From assembly GCF_009914755.1 (NCBI RefSeq), contig NC_060936.1: DNA of 64,000 nucleotides, one strand, 5' to 3'. Position 1 is the first letter of the stretch, and the number at the start of each line of letters is the position of its first letter. Made by a program: the position numbers and the translations under genes. The DNA is from the human T2T-CHM13v2.0 reference genome, Homo sapiens. The notes under the pieces were generated by a model. The model was not told where the DNA came from. It saw nothing but the letters and a program-made list of their open reading frames with translations, and ran no database searches. Positions 46,794-60,499 of the stretch are shown one piece after another.

Positions 46794-47650
46794 AAACATG
46801 ATGACTGGAAGTCATGTCTTCTAATTGGTTGACATTTTGCAAACAAATAAATTGTAATCAAAAGAGCTCTAAATTTGTAATTTCTTTCTCCTTTCAAAAA
46901 ATGTCTACTTTGTTTTGGTCCTAGGCATTAGGTAATATAACTGATAATATACTGAAATATATAATGGAAGATGCAGATGATAAAACTAATTTTGAACTTT
47001 TTAATTTATATAAATTATTTTATATCATTTACTTATTTCACTTTATTTTGCTTTGTGCTCATTGATATATATTAGCTGTACTCCTAGAAGAACAATTGTC
47101 TCTATTGTCACACATGGTTATATTTAAAGTAATTTCTGAACTGTGTAATGTGTCTAGAGTAAGCAAATACTGCTAACAATTAACTCATACCTTGGGTTCC
47201 TTCAAGTATTACTCCTATAGTATTTTCTCCCATAGCTGTCTTCATCTGTGTATTTTAATAATGATCTTAGGATGGAGCAGAACATGGAGAGGAAGATTTC
47301 ATTTTAAGCTCCTCCTTTTCCTTGAAATACAATAATTTATATAGAAATGTGTAGCAGCAAATTATATTGGGGATTAGAATTTTGAATTAATAGCTCTCCT
47401 ACTATTAATTTACATGTGCTTTTTGTGTGGCGCTATAAGTGACTATGGTTGTAAAGTAATAAAATTGATGTTAACATGCCCAATTATTGTTCTTTTATGA
47501 ATTCAATGAATTTAAAACTATTGTTAAATATAATACTGCCCCACTTTAATATATGTAAGCAACTTCCTACTTATACACGACGTGTTCCTAAAACATGTTT
47601 GAAAGGTGAATTTCTGAAAGTCTACAATAAATGTAGGTGTTACAACAGGA
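46794..47650 (+). terminator. SLCO1C1: SLCO1C1 AU-rich 3' UTR with AATAAA signals at 46846-46851, 47458-47463 and 47626-47631
   Basis: Three canonical hexamers seen downstream of the stop. The cleavage sites actually used cannot be determined from sequence. Confidence 0.7.
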
Positions 47651-47796
47651 ATGGAGAGTGATGGATGAATTGATGGGAAGTCTGAGTGTGGTACCTTTTG
47701 GTGCTCCACCGGCCCACATCACAGGGCCTAGGGACTCCTGCACAGGGAGTTCCCCCTGGGACAGCCTGCCAGATAGCTCTGTTTCTCTGCAACTGA

Positions 47797-48112
<316 letters not shown>

Positions 48113-50009
48113 AAGAGTTTCTTCTTTCCTGACTTCCTGGTGCTCTTCTGACGGGGGTTGGTAGGTTCAGCAGTCAAAAATCTTTAATCTTTAGCTCTAT
48201 GATGAACTATATGTTTCTTCCTCCACCATAGCTGTAAAGAAAGGCTTAATCCTTCCAAGAAAAGCAGACTTAAGACAGAGACCACCCTAGTGAGGTATAC
48301 TGTTTCTACTGCTGGCTCACCATCCAATTCTGTCCACATTCTGTTAGTCCGGTACAATCCGGAGAAGACTAGATGAAAGGCAAAGTTGGGTTAGAAAAGA
48401 TAACCTGAAGGACATTGCAGTCTAAGTGAGACCACAGAGTACTTCAAATGCACAGGAGGACCCTTACTTACTCAGGAGATTTTCAAGTTTACAATGGGAA
48501 CCCATAATTCTACTATGTACCAGCCACACCAAAAATCGTATTACTTAATCTGTGTAGCACTCTTAGTATCTGAATCCCCATTTTACAAATGAAACAGGCT
48601 AAGAGAGGTTAGATACATTGCTTAACCTTGGAGGGGCACAGACAGGATTAAAACTAGGTTAAATCTAAAGTTATCTTTCCACCATACCAACCTGACCCTA
48701 TAATGTTACACTAAACTGCTACTATTATTTGTAATGTCTCTGCATTACTTTATTTCACTGGATCAGTTTGCGCCTATAGTTGCCGTCATCTGTGTATTTC
48801 AGTACCATACAAGTCATCAACAACTACTATAAACCACACAAATAATTTATTTAGCATATTGTTTTCTCCAAATGTTGTTGATTTATATTTTGGAATACTG
48901 TAGTGCTAAGCCCAAAACATTTAAGTCGGATGATCGAGGATAATCCTTTAGAATTATGGAAACTTGGAATTGGAACACAGTTTTAGTAGCCTTTAGAACA
49001 ATCAGCACACGTCAACAGGACACTCCCACCAGAGCAGTCTGTTTGAGGCATTTCTTGAAGCCTAAATCCAACAAGAAGGCCCAGCTCAAAAATATGGCAG
49101 CCTCACTCACGTTTCCCCATTATGTTGCCTTCGAATTCCTGAACTCAAGCGATGTGCCTGCTTCAGCCTCCCCAGTAGCTAGGGTTAGGACTACAGGTGC
49201 AAACCACTGCTCCTTCAGGTGAAGTGATCATACAGTACAACCAAAATCATTTGCATTCTTTTAATTTTCCCTTTATATATCAATCTTGCAAATATGAATG
49301 GGAAAAAAGGAGATAGAAAATTTGGAGTTGGAGAAAGAAGGAAATGTTCTCTAAATGTATATTAACTTTGTCAATTTATTTGAATTGGTGATGCTTGTTT
49401 TATATTTTGCTATTTTTGAAAATAAAGACTTTTTAATTTTTATTTCCAGTTTTGCTTCCAGCAGGCCTACTTCAGACCTGCTGCTCCCCTGCTAGCTTGT
49501 GAGCAAGAATCCTTTTTGTCATCCCTGTATGAATCTTACCCATAATAAATATTTACTGATTGGGGTGAGGAGTACACTTGTCAAGAGATTTCTTTGTGGA
49601 GAAATAATTTAACTTCAAATTCTTCATCCTGCCTCCTACATGCTCTTTATTTTTCAAGGCTTTTTATCACAATATCTTGAAAAATAACTTCTTTGCAAGT
49701 AAATTTCCAAACAGAAGAGTTTCCAATTTATTCTTGAATAACTTGAAAAATAAAAAACACAAAGGATGAATAAATGATGATCTTCTTATGAAAGAACTGA
49801 AGGTCAATTTAAAGGAAGCGTATTTTTATGCACAAACATTAATTTTAAAGTGGAATTACATACATTAAACTCAGCTGTATAACAAATGAGGGTATCATTT
49901 AGTGGGAAATTGAATTTACTAAGAGGAACCCTCATATTTTAGATAAGTAAACTCATTTGACAGAGGTAAGCAGACTTTTTATGCCTCAGAAAGCACAATT
50001 AGTTCTTTA

Positions 50010-50319
<310 letters not shown>

Positions 50320-51349
50320 AGTTCTTTATTTTTTAATTAAACCAAACTCCTTTTCAGAAGTCAAGGAAATTCCCTCAGTTCCAAGACCAAACTTTTGAGG
50401 TAGAGCTGTGATTGATGTGTAGGATCCCACAATTGCTCCAAGTTCAATGGCAACATTATTCTCTTATTTTGCAGCCATGGCCCCTAAAGGTGACCAGCAT
50501 CCCCACTGAACATCTGATTCACTATAACCTTCAGACAGGTAAAGCTACAGCAATGTCATTTTATAGGTGGAGTGACTTAAATTGGATTAAATGACTTCCC
50601 CAATGTGGGTGTGTGCAAGCCAATGCTGGGTTCTTTCATTACATCATGATTTCTATTAAAAACTAAAAACAATCTGAAGCCTCTAAAAACTGCTGGAAGA
50701 AATGTGACCATTAGCATTTATGGAATTTACACTTAAATATTACATACCTATACTTGTACATAAAGAGAGATTCAAGAGATAAATTGACATATACTTGAGA
50801 CTTGACATATACTTGATAATAATATATTCACTATTATATTAAATGAAACAATTTATATTAAGTGCCCTCTGTATGTGTGCTAAATGCCTTAGACATTCTC
50901 AATTTTAAAGATTAAAATAGCTTTATGTGTAAGGTATTGTTACTGACATTTTCAGATAAACAAACTGAGGCTTAAAGAGTTAGTGATTTGTCCAAAGCCA
51001 GTGAGTTTTAGCAGTTGGTGGAGCAAAGACTTAAACTGGAGTTTATCAGCTTCAAAAAGCCATGTTGTGCCTGCATTAATCTATATCCCAAATCACTGGC
51101 TTTCACTAACTCTGCTAAAAATCAAATTTTGGACATCGCAATTAGAAAAGTTTTAACACACTAAAACATATACATCGTTTAAAAAATGAAAAAAAAAATT
51201 GAAATGAGAAGTAATAGTCCTCTAGCCCACCTTGACTTCTATTCCTCAAAGACCTCTAACCCACCTCTAGCCCACCTTGACTTCTATTCCTCAAAGGCAA
51301 CAACTGACTACTCACTAGTTTAGTTTGTTGGCTTTTCTTTTCCTGTTTC

Positions 51350-51478
51350 TTTTTTAAAATGTTTATTTTTAGAAACAAGGGTCTCACTATGTTGCCTTTG
51401 AACTCCTGGGCTGAAGCCATGCTCCTGCCTCAGCCCCCCAAATAGTTAGGACTACAGGTGTGAGCCACTGTGCCTGGC
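51350..51478 (-). mobile_element. FLAM/AluJ monomer
   Basis: agggtctcactatgttgcc...gaactcctgggctgaag...gagccactgtgcctggc. Confidence 0.75.
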
Positions 51479-51909
51479 TTGTTTGTTGGTTTTTTCGATG
51501 GTCACTTTCATATCTTTAAATGTATACTCATATGACTACTCTTGATTTACCAACTTTAGGCAATGTCTGTTGACTGTCTACTCTGATAGATTGGTACTAA
51601 TGTCACTCACAAATCCTCCATTGTTCTTCTGTTACCTGTACATAGTAAGGTCACTAAGTACAGAGGTCACTATGTGCATTTTGCAAAATGAAAAACTTAG
51701 AACTTCCTAACTTCTCTCCAGGTCTTCAAACCCTCTTCCATCTCCCTCTTTATGCTAACTGTACCTTTACTTTTACATTGTTGAGAACAACATTTTTAGT
51801 CAGCTCTGTAGTCATACTAATCTAGGAAAGGCCTGAATAATCACCATGAAGATCAACGCCATCCACTCTCCATGGTATGAAAGCTCAGCACTTGAAAACA
51901 GAATGAGAG

Positions 51910-51915
<6 letters not shown>

Positions 51916-51952
<37 letters not shown>
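51916..51952. repeat. Poly(A) tract (~37 nt)
   Basis: Seen directly. Confidence 0.95.
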
Positions 51953-51956
<4 letters not shown>

Positions 51957-52498
51957 GGACCTACTACGTATCAGGCATTAGAGTCATATAACATTTAAAT
52001 ATTAATGTGTAATATTAAAATGTGTTTTCTGTCCAAATAATTTTGGAATATGTTGAGTTAATGATAACACTTATAACTGCAGAATCATAGATTCTTTATT
52101 ATGATGGTGTACATTGTTGAACTTCTGCAGGGGATGATTATCTCACACTTCTTTGGCATTGAATTCATTTTTCTATAACAAGTCTTGAACATAATTTTCA
52201 ATACAATATATTTAAAAAATACAATTTCATCGTTTTTTGTATTTTGCCGTCTTTGTCAAATTCTGGTATCAGGATTATGCAACTTTATAAAATTAACTAG
52301 ACAACTACTTAATTATTAATGTTTTGGAACAGTTTTTATAGCATAAGAATAATCTGTTCCTTTTACGTTGGAAAGAATGTCTTAGCCTTTTTGAAAAATA
52401 ATACTTTGAAAAGCTTTTGATTGGACATTGTAGCTTTTAAAAAATATATGCTTGTTAATTCAACTTTGAAAATTTGTACTTTTTCTAGAAAAATTTAG

Positions 52499-52930
<432 letters not shown>

Positions 52931-55320
52931 AAAAATTTAGATTTTTTAAAAGATAATTTCAGCTTTATAAACTTGGAGCATCCAAACTTAGTATTTCTTA
53001 TTATGTTTCTTCTTTATTCCTAATTTGGTGTATTGAGTTTGTCTTTTTTGTGCATTATGCTTGTCAGTTACTTATTTCATTGAATTTTTCAAAGAAATGG
53101 CTTTTAAATTGTTTGCTAATTGATTAATTTTTTGTTTAATTTTGTTACTTTCTTCCTTCTATTTTCTTTAGACATACTTTTGAAAATATTTTCCTAAATG
53201 ATTGATTTGTAGGCTTGTAACTGTATTCTCTGGTTTAATAATTCAAACATTTATTTGCTGCAATGTACAGCTTTATGATTCAAAAGGTTGAACATGCTGT
53301 AGCATCAATGATGTTTCTCAAATTGTTTACAAATGCATTCTTGATTTTCTATTTGACTCAAAATTTCTATTTACTCTAGAAGGAGACTATTTAAAAATTT
53401 TCTTCTGTTTGGATATTTTAATTTAAATTTGTCTTTTAAAATCATCAATTTGTAAAAATGTTTTGGATTTTGAAGAAAAAGTATATTCTCTTATCATAGA
53501 GGAAAAAATGGAAATATATTTATCAAATCTAATTATGCTATTTGCATATTTGGTACTTATTCTGTTTTCTCTCTCAAAGCTTGAGAGTAGTAATATGCTA
53601 AAATTTTCCAATATAATCAAGTTTTTGTGAATTGTTTCCATTAAAAAGTTATTTTTATTTGTAGAATTTAATGTTATGTCTTATAACTATCATATTATGT
53701 ATAGATTTGATTTTAAAAACTGCTATTCTTAATTTTTTTAAATTCTATTTTAATATTAATATTGCCATTTCTGCTATTTTATTGATTGATGTATCTTTGG
53801 TCCTCCCTTTACTTTTTAAATGTTTCTGTGTTTTGTTTATGGTTAGTTATTTTTTAACAGCAAGAAATTGGACTTTATTTTTACTTTATCTAAAATTTTG
53901 TCTATTATTAAATAAGTTTAATTGTCATACCAGATGTTTGCCTTTACTTCTGTTTCATTGTTTATTACTTTTTTAAATGTTTCCTTATGGTTTTTCTTTT
54001 ATTCTTTCATATGCTAAATGTACCATATTTTTACTTTCTATATTTCTGCTAGAAATATGGAAGTATTTTAGCAAACTGAAAATTGTTTTGTAATTAATGA
54101 CCCACAAATTATAAAAATCTATCATAACAATAACCATCTCTACTTAGAAATACCAAGAATTGAATAATAAATACTGTTTATTGATTCCCTTTGTATAAGA
54201 TTAAAAGTCTTAAATATTTTTACTTCCCGTCTCCTTTTTTACCCACGATGCCAAGATTTTTTGCTAATATAATCAAGAATTTAAGAACAAAATTATTAAT
54301 AAATTAATTCTACTTTATATGTTTTCTATTGGCTGTAAAAACAAATCTACAAAGAATATTTTATGCATTTACCTTTTTTTCCTCTCTTCATTTATTTCTT
54401 TAAAATGGATTCCTGGAGACAATGTTTCAAACATATTAACCAATAGCATTCAAGAAAGGAAAGGTAATAGAGTATAACACAAACAGCATTTAAAATATTA
54501 GCTTCTCCTAAACTTTCACCAAGTTATTGATTTATAAGTTAAAAATAGCATTTCAATGTTTTACTTTTAATGTATTTGCATAAAAATACATGAAATTGTG
54601 TATTTTCACAAATACACGATTTGTGAATAGTGAGTTTGAACTTTTATTAGTGCACTGGTCAAATCCACTTTTTTAATAAATAAGTTCACAGTCTCTTAAA
54701 ATATTTTTATCTGGGTATTTATCTAATCAATGATATTAGCCTTTGACAGGTCCCATGTTTTCTAATTATGTTTTTTAATTTGAAGTCTTAATTTAAAATT
54801 TTATTTTATGTAATTTTGACTCACAGTTTTTAAAAATGTTTATATAATTTTATATCTCCTTTCTCAACAGATTTTATACTTGCATGTGTGCTTAAAATTG
54901 TTTTCTTACCTTAAGATGGATAATTACCTACATTTATCTACACTTTATGATATAATTTCTAAAATTAAGATGTTTAATACACATGGATTTATTTCGACGT
55001 TCTATTTTGAAATAAGGAAACATTATTTGGATGATGGTTGGCCACTTGTTCCAGTTCTGATTATTGAAAAATCCCTATTTTATATGTTTAAGAACTCTAC
55101 TATATTATGAGTGTTTGGAGACTTACGAATCTCATTAATATGCCTATTTCTGACCATTATTATACCATGTAAGAATTACATATGTATATTATAAAAATAC
55201 ATTTTAATTGCTGGCAGCACATATCCTCCTTTGAATGATTCAAAGTTTCTTAAATATGTTCATTCATATTTATTTCTTCTGGATGCATTCAAGATTTTTT
55301 TTCAGTTTCTAATAGTACCA

Positions 55321-55783
55321 AGGTTGGGCATGGTTGCTCATGTCTGTAATTCTAACATTTCGTGAGGCTGAGGTGGGAGGATCAATCACTTAAGGCCAGA
55401 AGTTCGAGGTTACAGTGAGCTATAATCATGCCACTGCACTCTAGACTGGGCCTCAGAGCAGGACACTGTCTCTTTTTTAAAAAGTTTCTGGCCTGGCGCG
55501 GTGGCTGACGCCTGTAATCCGAGCACTTTGGGAGACCGAGGAGGGCAGATCACGAGGTCAAGAGATTGAGACCATCCTGGCCAACATGGTGAAACCCCGT
55601 CTCTACTAAAAATACAAAAATTAGCTGGGCGTGGTGCCTGTAGTCCCAGCTGGTTGGGTGGCTGAGGCAGGAGAATCACTTCAACCGGGAGGCGGAGGCT
55701 GCAGTGAGCCAAGATTGTGCCACTGCACTCCAGCCTGGTGACAGAGCAAGACTCCATCTCAAAAAAGAAAAGAAAAGAAAAAG
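55321..55783 (+). mobile_element. Degenerate AluJ/monomer (55321-55475) followed by an AluSc-like element (55490-55783)
   Basis: Alu consensus similarity; gatcacgaggtcaagagat is an Sc diagnostic. Confidence 0.85.
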
Positions 55784-55784
55784 G

Positions 55785-57151
55785 CAGAAAAAATATTCCA
55801 GGGAAGCAGAAACCAAAGACATGCAGTAGTAGCTATATTTATATAAGACAAAAAGACTTTAAGCAAAAAGAAATTAAAATAAAAATATAAAAAGAAACAA
55901 AAATGGCCATTATTTTAGATAAAGGGCTCAATTCAGCAAGAGAATATACCAGTCATAAATATATATGCCCCCAACACTAGAACACCCAGATATATAAATA
56001 TTATTACAGCTAAAAAGAGAGACAGACCTCGATGCAGTAATAGTTGGACACTTCAATAACCCACTTTAAGCGATTAGATAGCTCAGCTAGACAGAAATTT
56101 GACTAGGAAACATCAGGCTTGATCTGCACTACCGACCAAATGAACCTAACAGACATTTAAAGTACATTATTTCCAACAGCTGCTGAATACACATTATTCT
56201 CATTAGCATATGAAACATTCTCCAGGATAGACTATATGTTAGGCCATCAAACAAGTTTCAACACACTTTTAAAAAACAAAATCTCATCAAGTACGTTCTC
56301 AGGACATAATGAACTAAAAGTGTAAATTAATAACAAGAGGAAGTTTAGAAATGGTACAAACACAAGTAAATTAAGAAACATGCTCCTGACGGATCATTAG
56401 GTCGGTGAAGAAACTAAGAAGAAAATGTAAAAAAAATTGAAAGAAAAATGAAAACACAACATACAAAAATCTATGAGATATAGCAAAAGCAGTGCAAAGA
56501 GAGGTCAACTTATAGCAATTAATAAATAACAAACAATTTTTTCACACTGTTATAAAGAAATAAAAGGAATTCTCACAGTATTTCAAAAAACATTGATGAG
56601 GGAATTCCTACTAAGTCATTCTATAAGGCTTGCATTACTCACATTCGAAAACCACACAGGAGCACAAAAAACAACAAAAACAAACTACACGAAAACTATC
56701 CCTGATGAACATAGACAAGTCTTTAACAAAATATTTGTACACTGAATTCAAAAACCCATCAAAAAGGTAACACACCATAATCATGTGGGATTTGTCCCAG
56801 AGATGCAAGGATGATTCAACATATGCAAATCAATGATTGTGATACATCACATCAACAGAATAAAAAACGAAAACTATATGATCATCTCAATAGATGCAGA
56901 AAAGTACTTAATAATATTAAACATCCCTCTCATGATAAAACCGCAGCAAATTAGGAACTGAAGGAACACATTTCAGCATAATAAAAGCCATATATGACAT
57001 CTCCAGAGCTAACATCATACAGAATGGAGAGAAGCAGAAAGCTTTTCCTCTAAGTACTGGAAGATTAGAATGTCTAATTTCGTCACTCTCATTCAATATA
57101 GTAATGACTGGAAGTCCTAGCCAGAGCAGTTAGGAAATAAAATAAAAGACA
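55785..57151 (+). mobile_element. Old L1 ORF2 relic (endonuclease to RT, with internal deletion)
   Basis: Decayed L1 ORF2 motifs (atagttggacacttcaataacccact; atccctgatgaacataga; gatgcaaggatgattcaacatatgcaaatcaat; tcaatagatgcagaaaa). It breaks off after ataaaagaca. Confidence 0.85.
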
Positions 57152-57377
57152 CGAGAGCATGTGTTTCAACACAGAGCTCAGCCGGCTACCTCTCCCAGCT
57201 GCTAGAAAACACTTTGTGGAAACACATATTTGGTGAAAAATCACATTTCACTAAAGACAGTTCGAATTCTGAAGACAATTTTCTTTGCTATGGCTGAAAA
57301 CCACACTTTCCCAAACCAAATTACAGTGAAGAACACAGCATAGGCACAGAAGAAAATGTGTAAGAACCTGGAGTCCA

Positions 57378-57489
57378 GAGGAGCCAAGATGGCCGAATAG
57401 GAAGAGCTCCGGTCTACAGCTCCCAACGTGAGCAACGCAGAAGATGGGTGATTTCTGCATTTCCATCTGAGGTACCAAGTTCATCTCAC
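57378..57489 (+). mobile_element. L1PA (approx. PA3-PA5) 5' UTR start including the YY1 site (57385-57394)
   Basis: gaggagccaagatggccgaatagga...ttcatctcac matches the L1 5' end. Confidence 0.93.
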
Positions 57490-57941
57490 TGTCAGGCCTC
57501 TGAGCCCAAGCCAAGCCATCGCGTCCCCTGTGACTTGCATGTATACGCCCAGATGGCCTGAAGTAACTGTAGAATCACAAAAGAAGTTAATATGCCCTGC
57601 CCCACCTTAACTGATGACATTCCACCACAAAAGAAGTGTAAATGGCTGGTCCTTGCCTTAAGTGATGACATTACCTTGTGAAAGTCCTTTTCGTGGCTCA
57701 TCCTGGCTCAAAAACACCCCCACTGAGCACCTTGCGACCCCCACTCCTGCCCGCCAGAGAACAAACCCCCTTTGACTATAATTTTCCTTTACCTACCCAA
57801 ATCCTATAAAATGGCCCCACCCTTATCTCCCTTCACTGACTCTCTTTTCGGACTCAGCCCACCTGCACCCAGGTGGAATAAACAGCTTTATTGCTCACAC
57901 AAAGCCTGTTTGGTGGTCTCTTCACATGGACACACATGAAA
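57490..57941 (+). promoter_or_regulatory. HERV-H 5' LTR (LTR7): TATAAAA at 57805-57811, AATAAA at 57877-57882
   Basis: tgtcaggcctctgagcccaag...catgaaa; direct repeat of 63232-63683. Confidence 0.95.
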
Positions 57942-57943
57942 TT

Positions 57944-57961
57944 TGGTGCCGTGACTCGGAT
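57944..57961 (+). promoter_or_regulatory. Primer-binding site for tRNA-His
   Basis: TGGTGCCGTGACTCGGAT is the 18-nt complement of the tRNA-His(GUG) 3' end. Confidence 0.95.
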
Positions 57962-58612
57962 CGGGGGACCTCCCTTGGGAGATCAATCCCCCGTCCTCCT
58001 GCTCTTTGCTCCATGAGAAAGATCCACCTACGACCTCAGGTCCTTAGACCGACCAGCCCAAGAAACATCTCACCAATTTCAAATCCAGTAAGCGGCCTCT
58101 TTTGACTCTCTTCTCCAACCTCCCACACTATCCCTCAGCCTCTTTCTCCTTTCAATCTTGGTGCCACACTTCAATCTCTCCCTTCTCTTAATTTCAATTC
58201 CTTTCATTTTCTGGTAGAGACAAAGGAGACATGTTTTATCCGTGGACCCAAAACTCTGGCGCCGGTCATGGACTGGGAAGTCAGCCTTCCCTTGGTGTTT
58301 AATCATTGCAGGGGTGCCTCTCTGATTATTCACCCATGTTTCAAAGGTGTCAGACCACACAGGGATGCCTGCCTTGGTCCTTCACCCTTAGCGGCAAGTC
58401 CCGCTTTTCTGGGGAAGGGGCAAGTACCCCAACCCCTTCTCTCCTTGTCTCTACCCCTTCTCCGCTTTTCTGGGAGAGGGGCAAGTACCCCTCAACCCGT
58501 TCTCCTTCACTCTTAGTGGCAAGTCCCACTTTTCTGGGAGAGGGGCAAGTACCCCTCAACCCGTTCTCCTTCACCCTTAGTGGCAAGTCCCACTTTTCTA
58601 GAGGGCAAGAAC

Positions 58613-59186
58613 CCCCAATCCCTTATTTTCATGCCCCAACCTCTTATCTCTGTACCCCAATCCCTTATTTCCATGCCCCAACCTCTTATCTCTGCACCCC
58701 AATCCCTTATTTCCGTGCCCCAACCTCTTATCTCTGCGCTCCAATCCCTTATTTCCGTGCCCCAACCTCTTATCTCTGCGCTCCAATCCCTTATTTCCGT
58801 GCCCCAATCTCTTATCTCTGCGCTCCAATCCCTTATTTCCGTGCCCCAATCTCTTATCTCTGTGCTCCAATCCCTTATTTCCGTGCCCCAACCTCTTATC
58901 TCTGCACCCCAATCCCTTATTTCCATGCCCCAACCTCTTATCTCTGCGCTCCAATCCCTTATTTCTGTGCCCCAACCTCTTATCTCTGTGCTCCAATCCA
59001 TTATTTCTGTGCCCAACCTCTTATCTCTGCACCCCAATCCCTTATTTCCGTGCCCCAACCTCTTATCTCTGCACCCCAATCCCTTATTTCCACACCACAA
59101 CTTCTTATCTCTGCACCCCAATCCCTTATTTCCACACCCCAACTTCTTATCTCTGTGCCCCAATCCCTTATTTCTGTGCCCCAACC
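58613..59186 (+). repeat. 42-bp minisatellite (two related 21-mers; ~13.5 units) in the HERV-H leader
   Basis: Unit ccccaatcccttatttccgtg-ccccaacctcttatctctgcg; translates as (PIPYFRAPTSYLCA)n. Confidence 0.95.
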
Positions 59187-59479
59187 CTTTCTCTGCTTTT
59201 CTGGAGGGCAAGAAACCCCCACCCCTTCTCCATGTCTCTACTCTTTTCTCTGGGCTTGCCTCCTTCACTATGGGCAAGCTTCCACCTTCCATTCCTCCTT
59301 CTTCTCCCTTAGCCTGTATTCTTAAGAACTTAAGACCTCTTCAACTCTCACCTGACCTAAAATCTAAGCGTCTTTTTTCTTCTGCAATGCCGCTTGAACC
59401 CAATACAAACTTGACAGTAGTTCCAAATAGCCAGAAAAATGGCAGTTTCAATTTTTCCATCCTACAAGACCTAAATAAT

Positions 59480-60460
59480 TCTTGTCATAAAATGGGCAAA
59501 TGGTCTGAGGTGCCTGATGTCCAGGCATTCTTTTACACATCAGTCCATTCCTAGTCTCTGCCCAATGCAATTCATCCCAAATCTTCCTTCTTTCCCTCCC
59601 GCCTGTCCCCTCAGGCCCAACCCCAAGCGTCGCTAAGTCTTTCTAATCTTCCTTTTCTACAGACCCATCTGACCTCTCCCCTCCTCGCCAGGCTGAGCTA
59701 AGTCCCAATTCTTCCTCAGCCTCTGCTCCTCCACCCTATAATCCTTTTATCACCTCCCCTCCTCACACCTGGTCTGGCTTACAGCTTTGTTCCCTGACTA
59801 GCCCTCCCCCACCTGCCCAGCAATTTACTCTTAAAAAGGTGGCTGGAGCCAAAGGCATAGTCAAGGTTAATGCTCCTTTTTCTTTATCCCAAATCAGAAG
59901 CGTTTAGGCTCTTTTTCATCAAATATAAAAACCCAGCCCAGTTCATGGCTCATTCGGCAGCAACCCTGAGATGCTTTACAGCCCTAGACCCTAAAAGGTC
60001 AAAAGGCCATCTTATTCTCAATATACATTTTATTACCCAATCTGCTCCCGACATTAAATAAAACTCCAAAAATCGGAATCTAGCCCTCAAACCCCATAAC
60101 AGGACTTAATTAACCTCACTTTCAAGGTGTACAATAATAAAACAAAGTTGCAATTCCTTGCCTCCACTGTGAGACAAACCCCAGCCACATCTCTAGCACA
60201 CAAGAATTTCCAAACGCCTGAACCACAGCGGCCAGGCATTCCTCCAGAACCTCCTCCCCCAGGAGCTTGCTACAAGTGCCAAAAATCTGGCCACTGAGCC
60301 AAGGAATGCCCGCAGCCCGGGATTCCTCCTAAGCCATGTCCCATCTGTGTGGGACCCCACTAGAAATCGGACTGTTCAACTCACCTGGCAGCCACTCCCA
60401 GAGCCCCTGGAACTCTAGCCCAAGGCTCTCTGACTGACTCCTTCTTGGCTTAGTGGCTAA
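59480..60460 (+). pseudogene. gag: HERV-H gag relic
   Basis: MGKWSEVPDVQAFF; two zinc knuckles CYKCQKSGH*AKEC and CPICVGPH*KSDC (60268-60375) with stops. Confidence 0.85.
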
Positions 60461-60499
60461 AGACTGACACTGCCCAATCACCTGGGAAGCTCCTAAACC

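Noticed and set aside
57944-57961. tRNA-His gene fragment
   Set aside because: It is the retroviral primer-binding site, not a tRNA gene.
58613-59186. CRISPR-like array
   Set aside because: Units are contiguous with no unique spacers, there are no cas genes, and the context is a eukaryotic retrovirus.
58306-59554. Longest ORFs in the window (339, 324 and 259 aa) as novel proteins
   Set aside because: They are overlapping translations of the stop-poor 42-bp minisatellite in several frames and both strands, with no coding signature.
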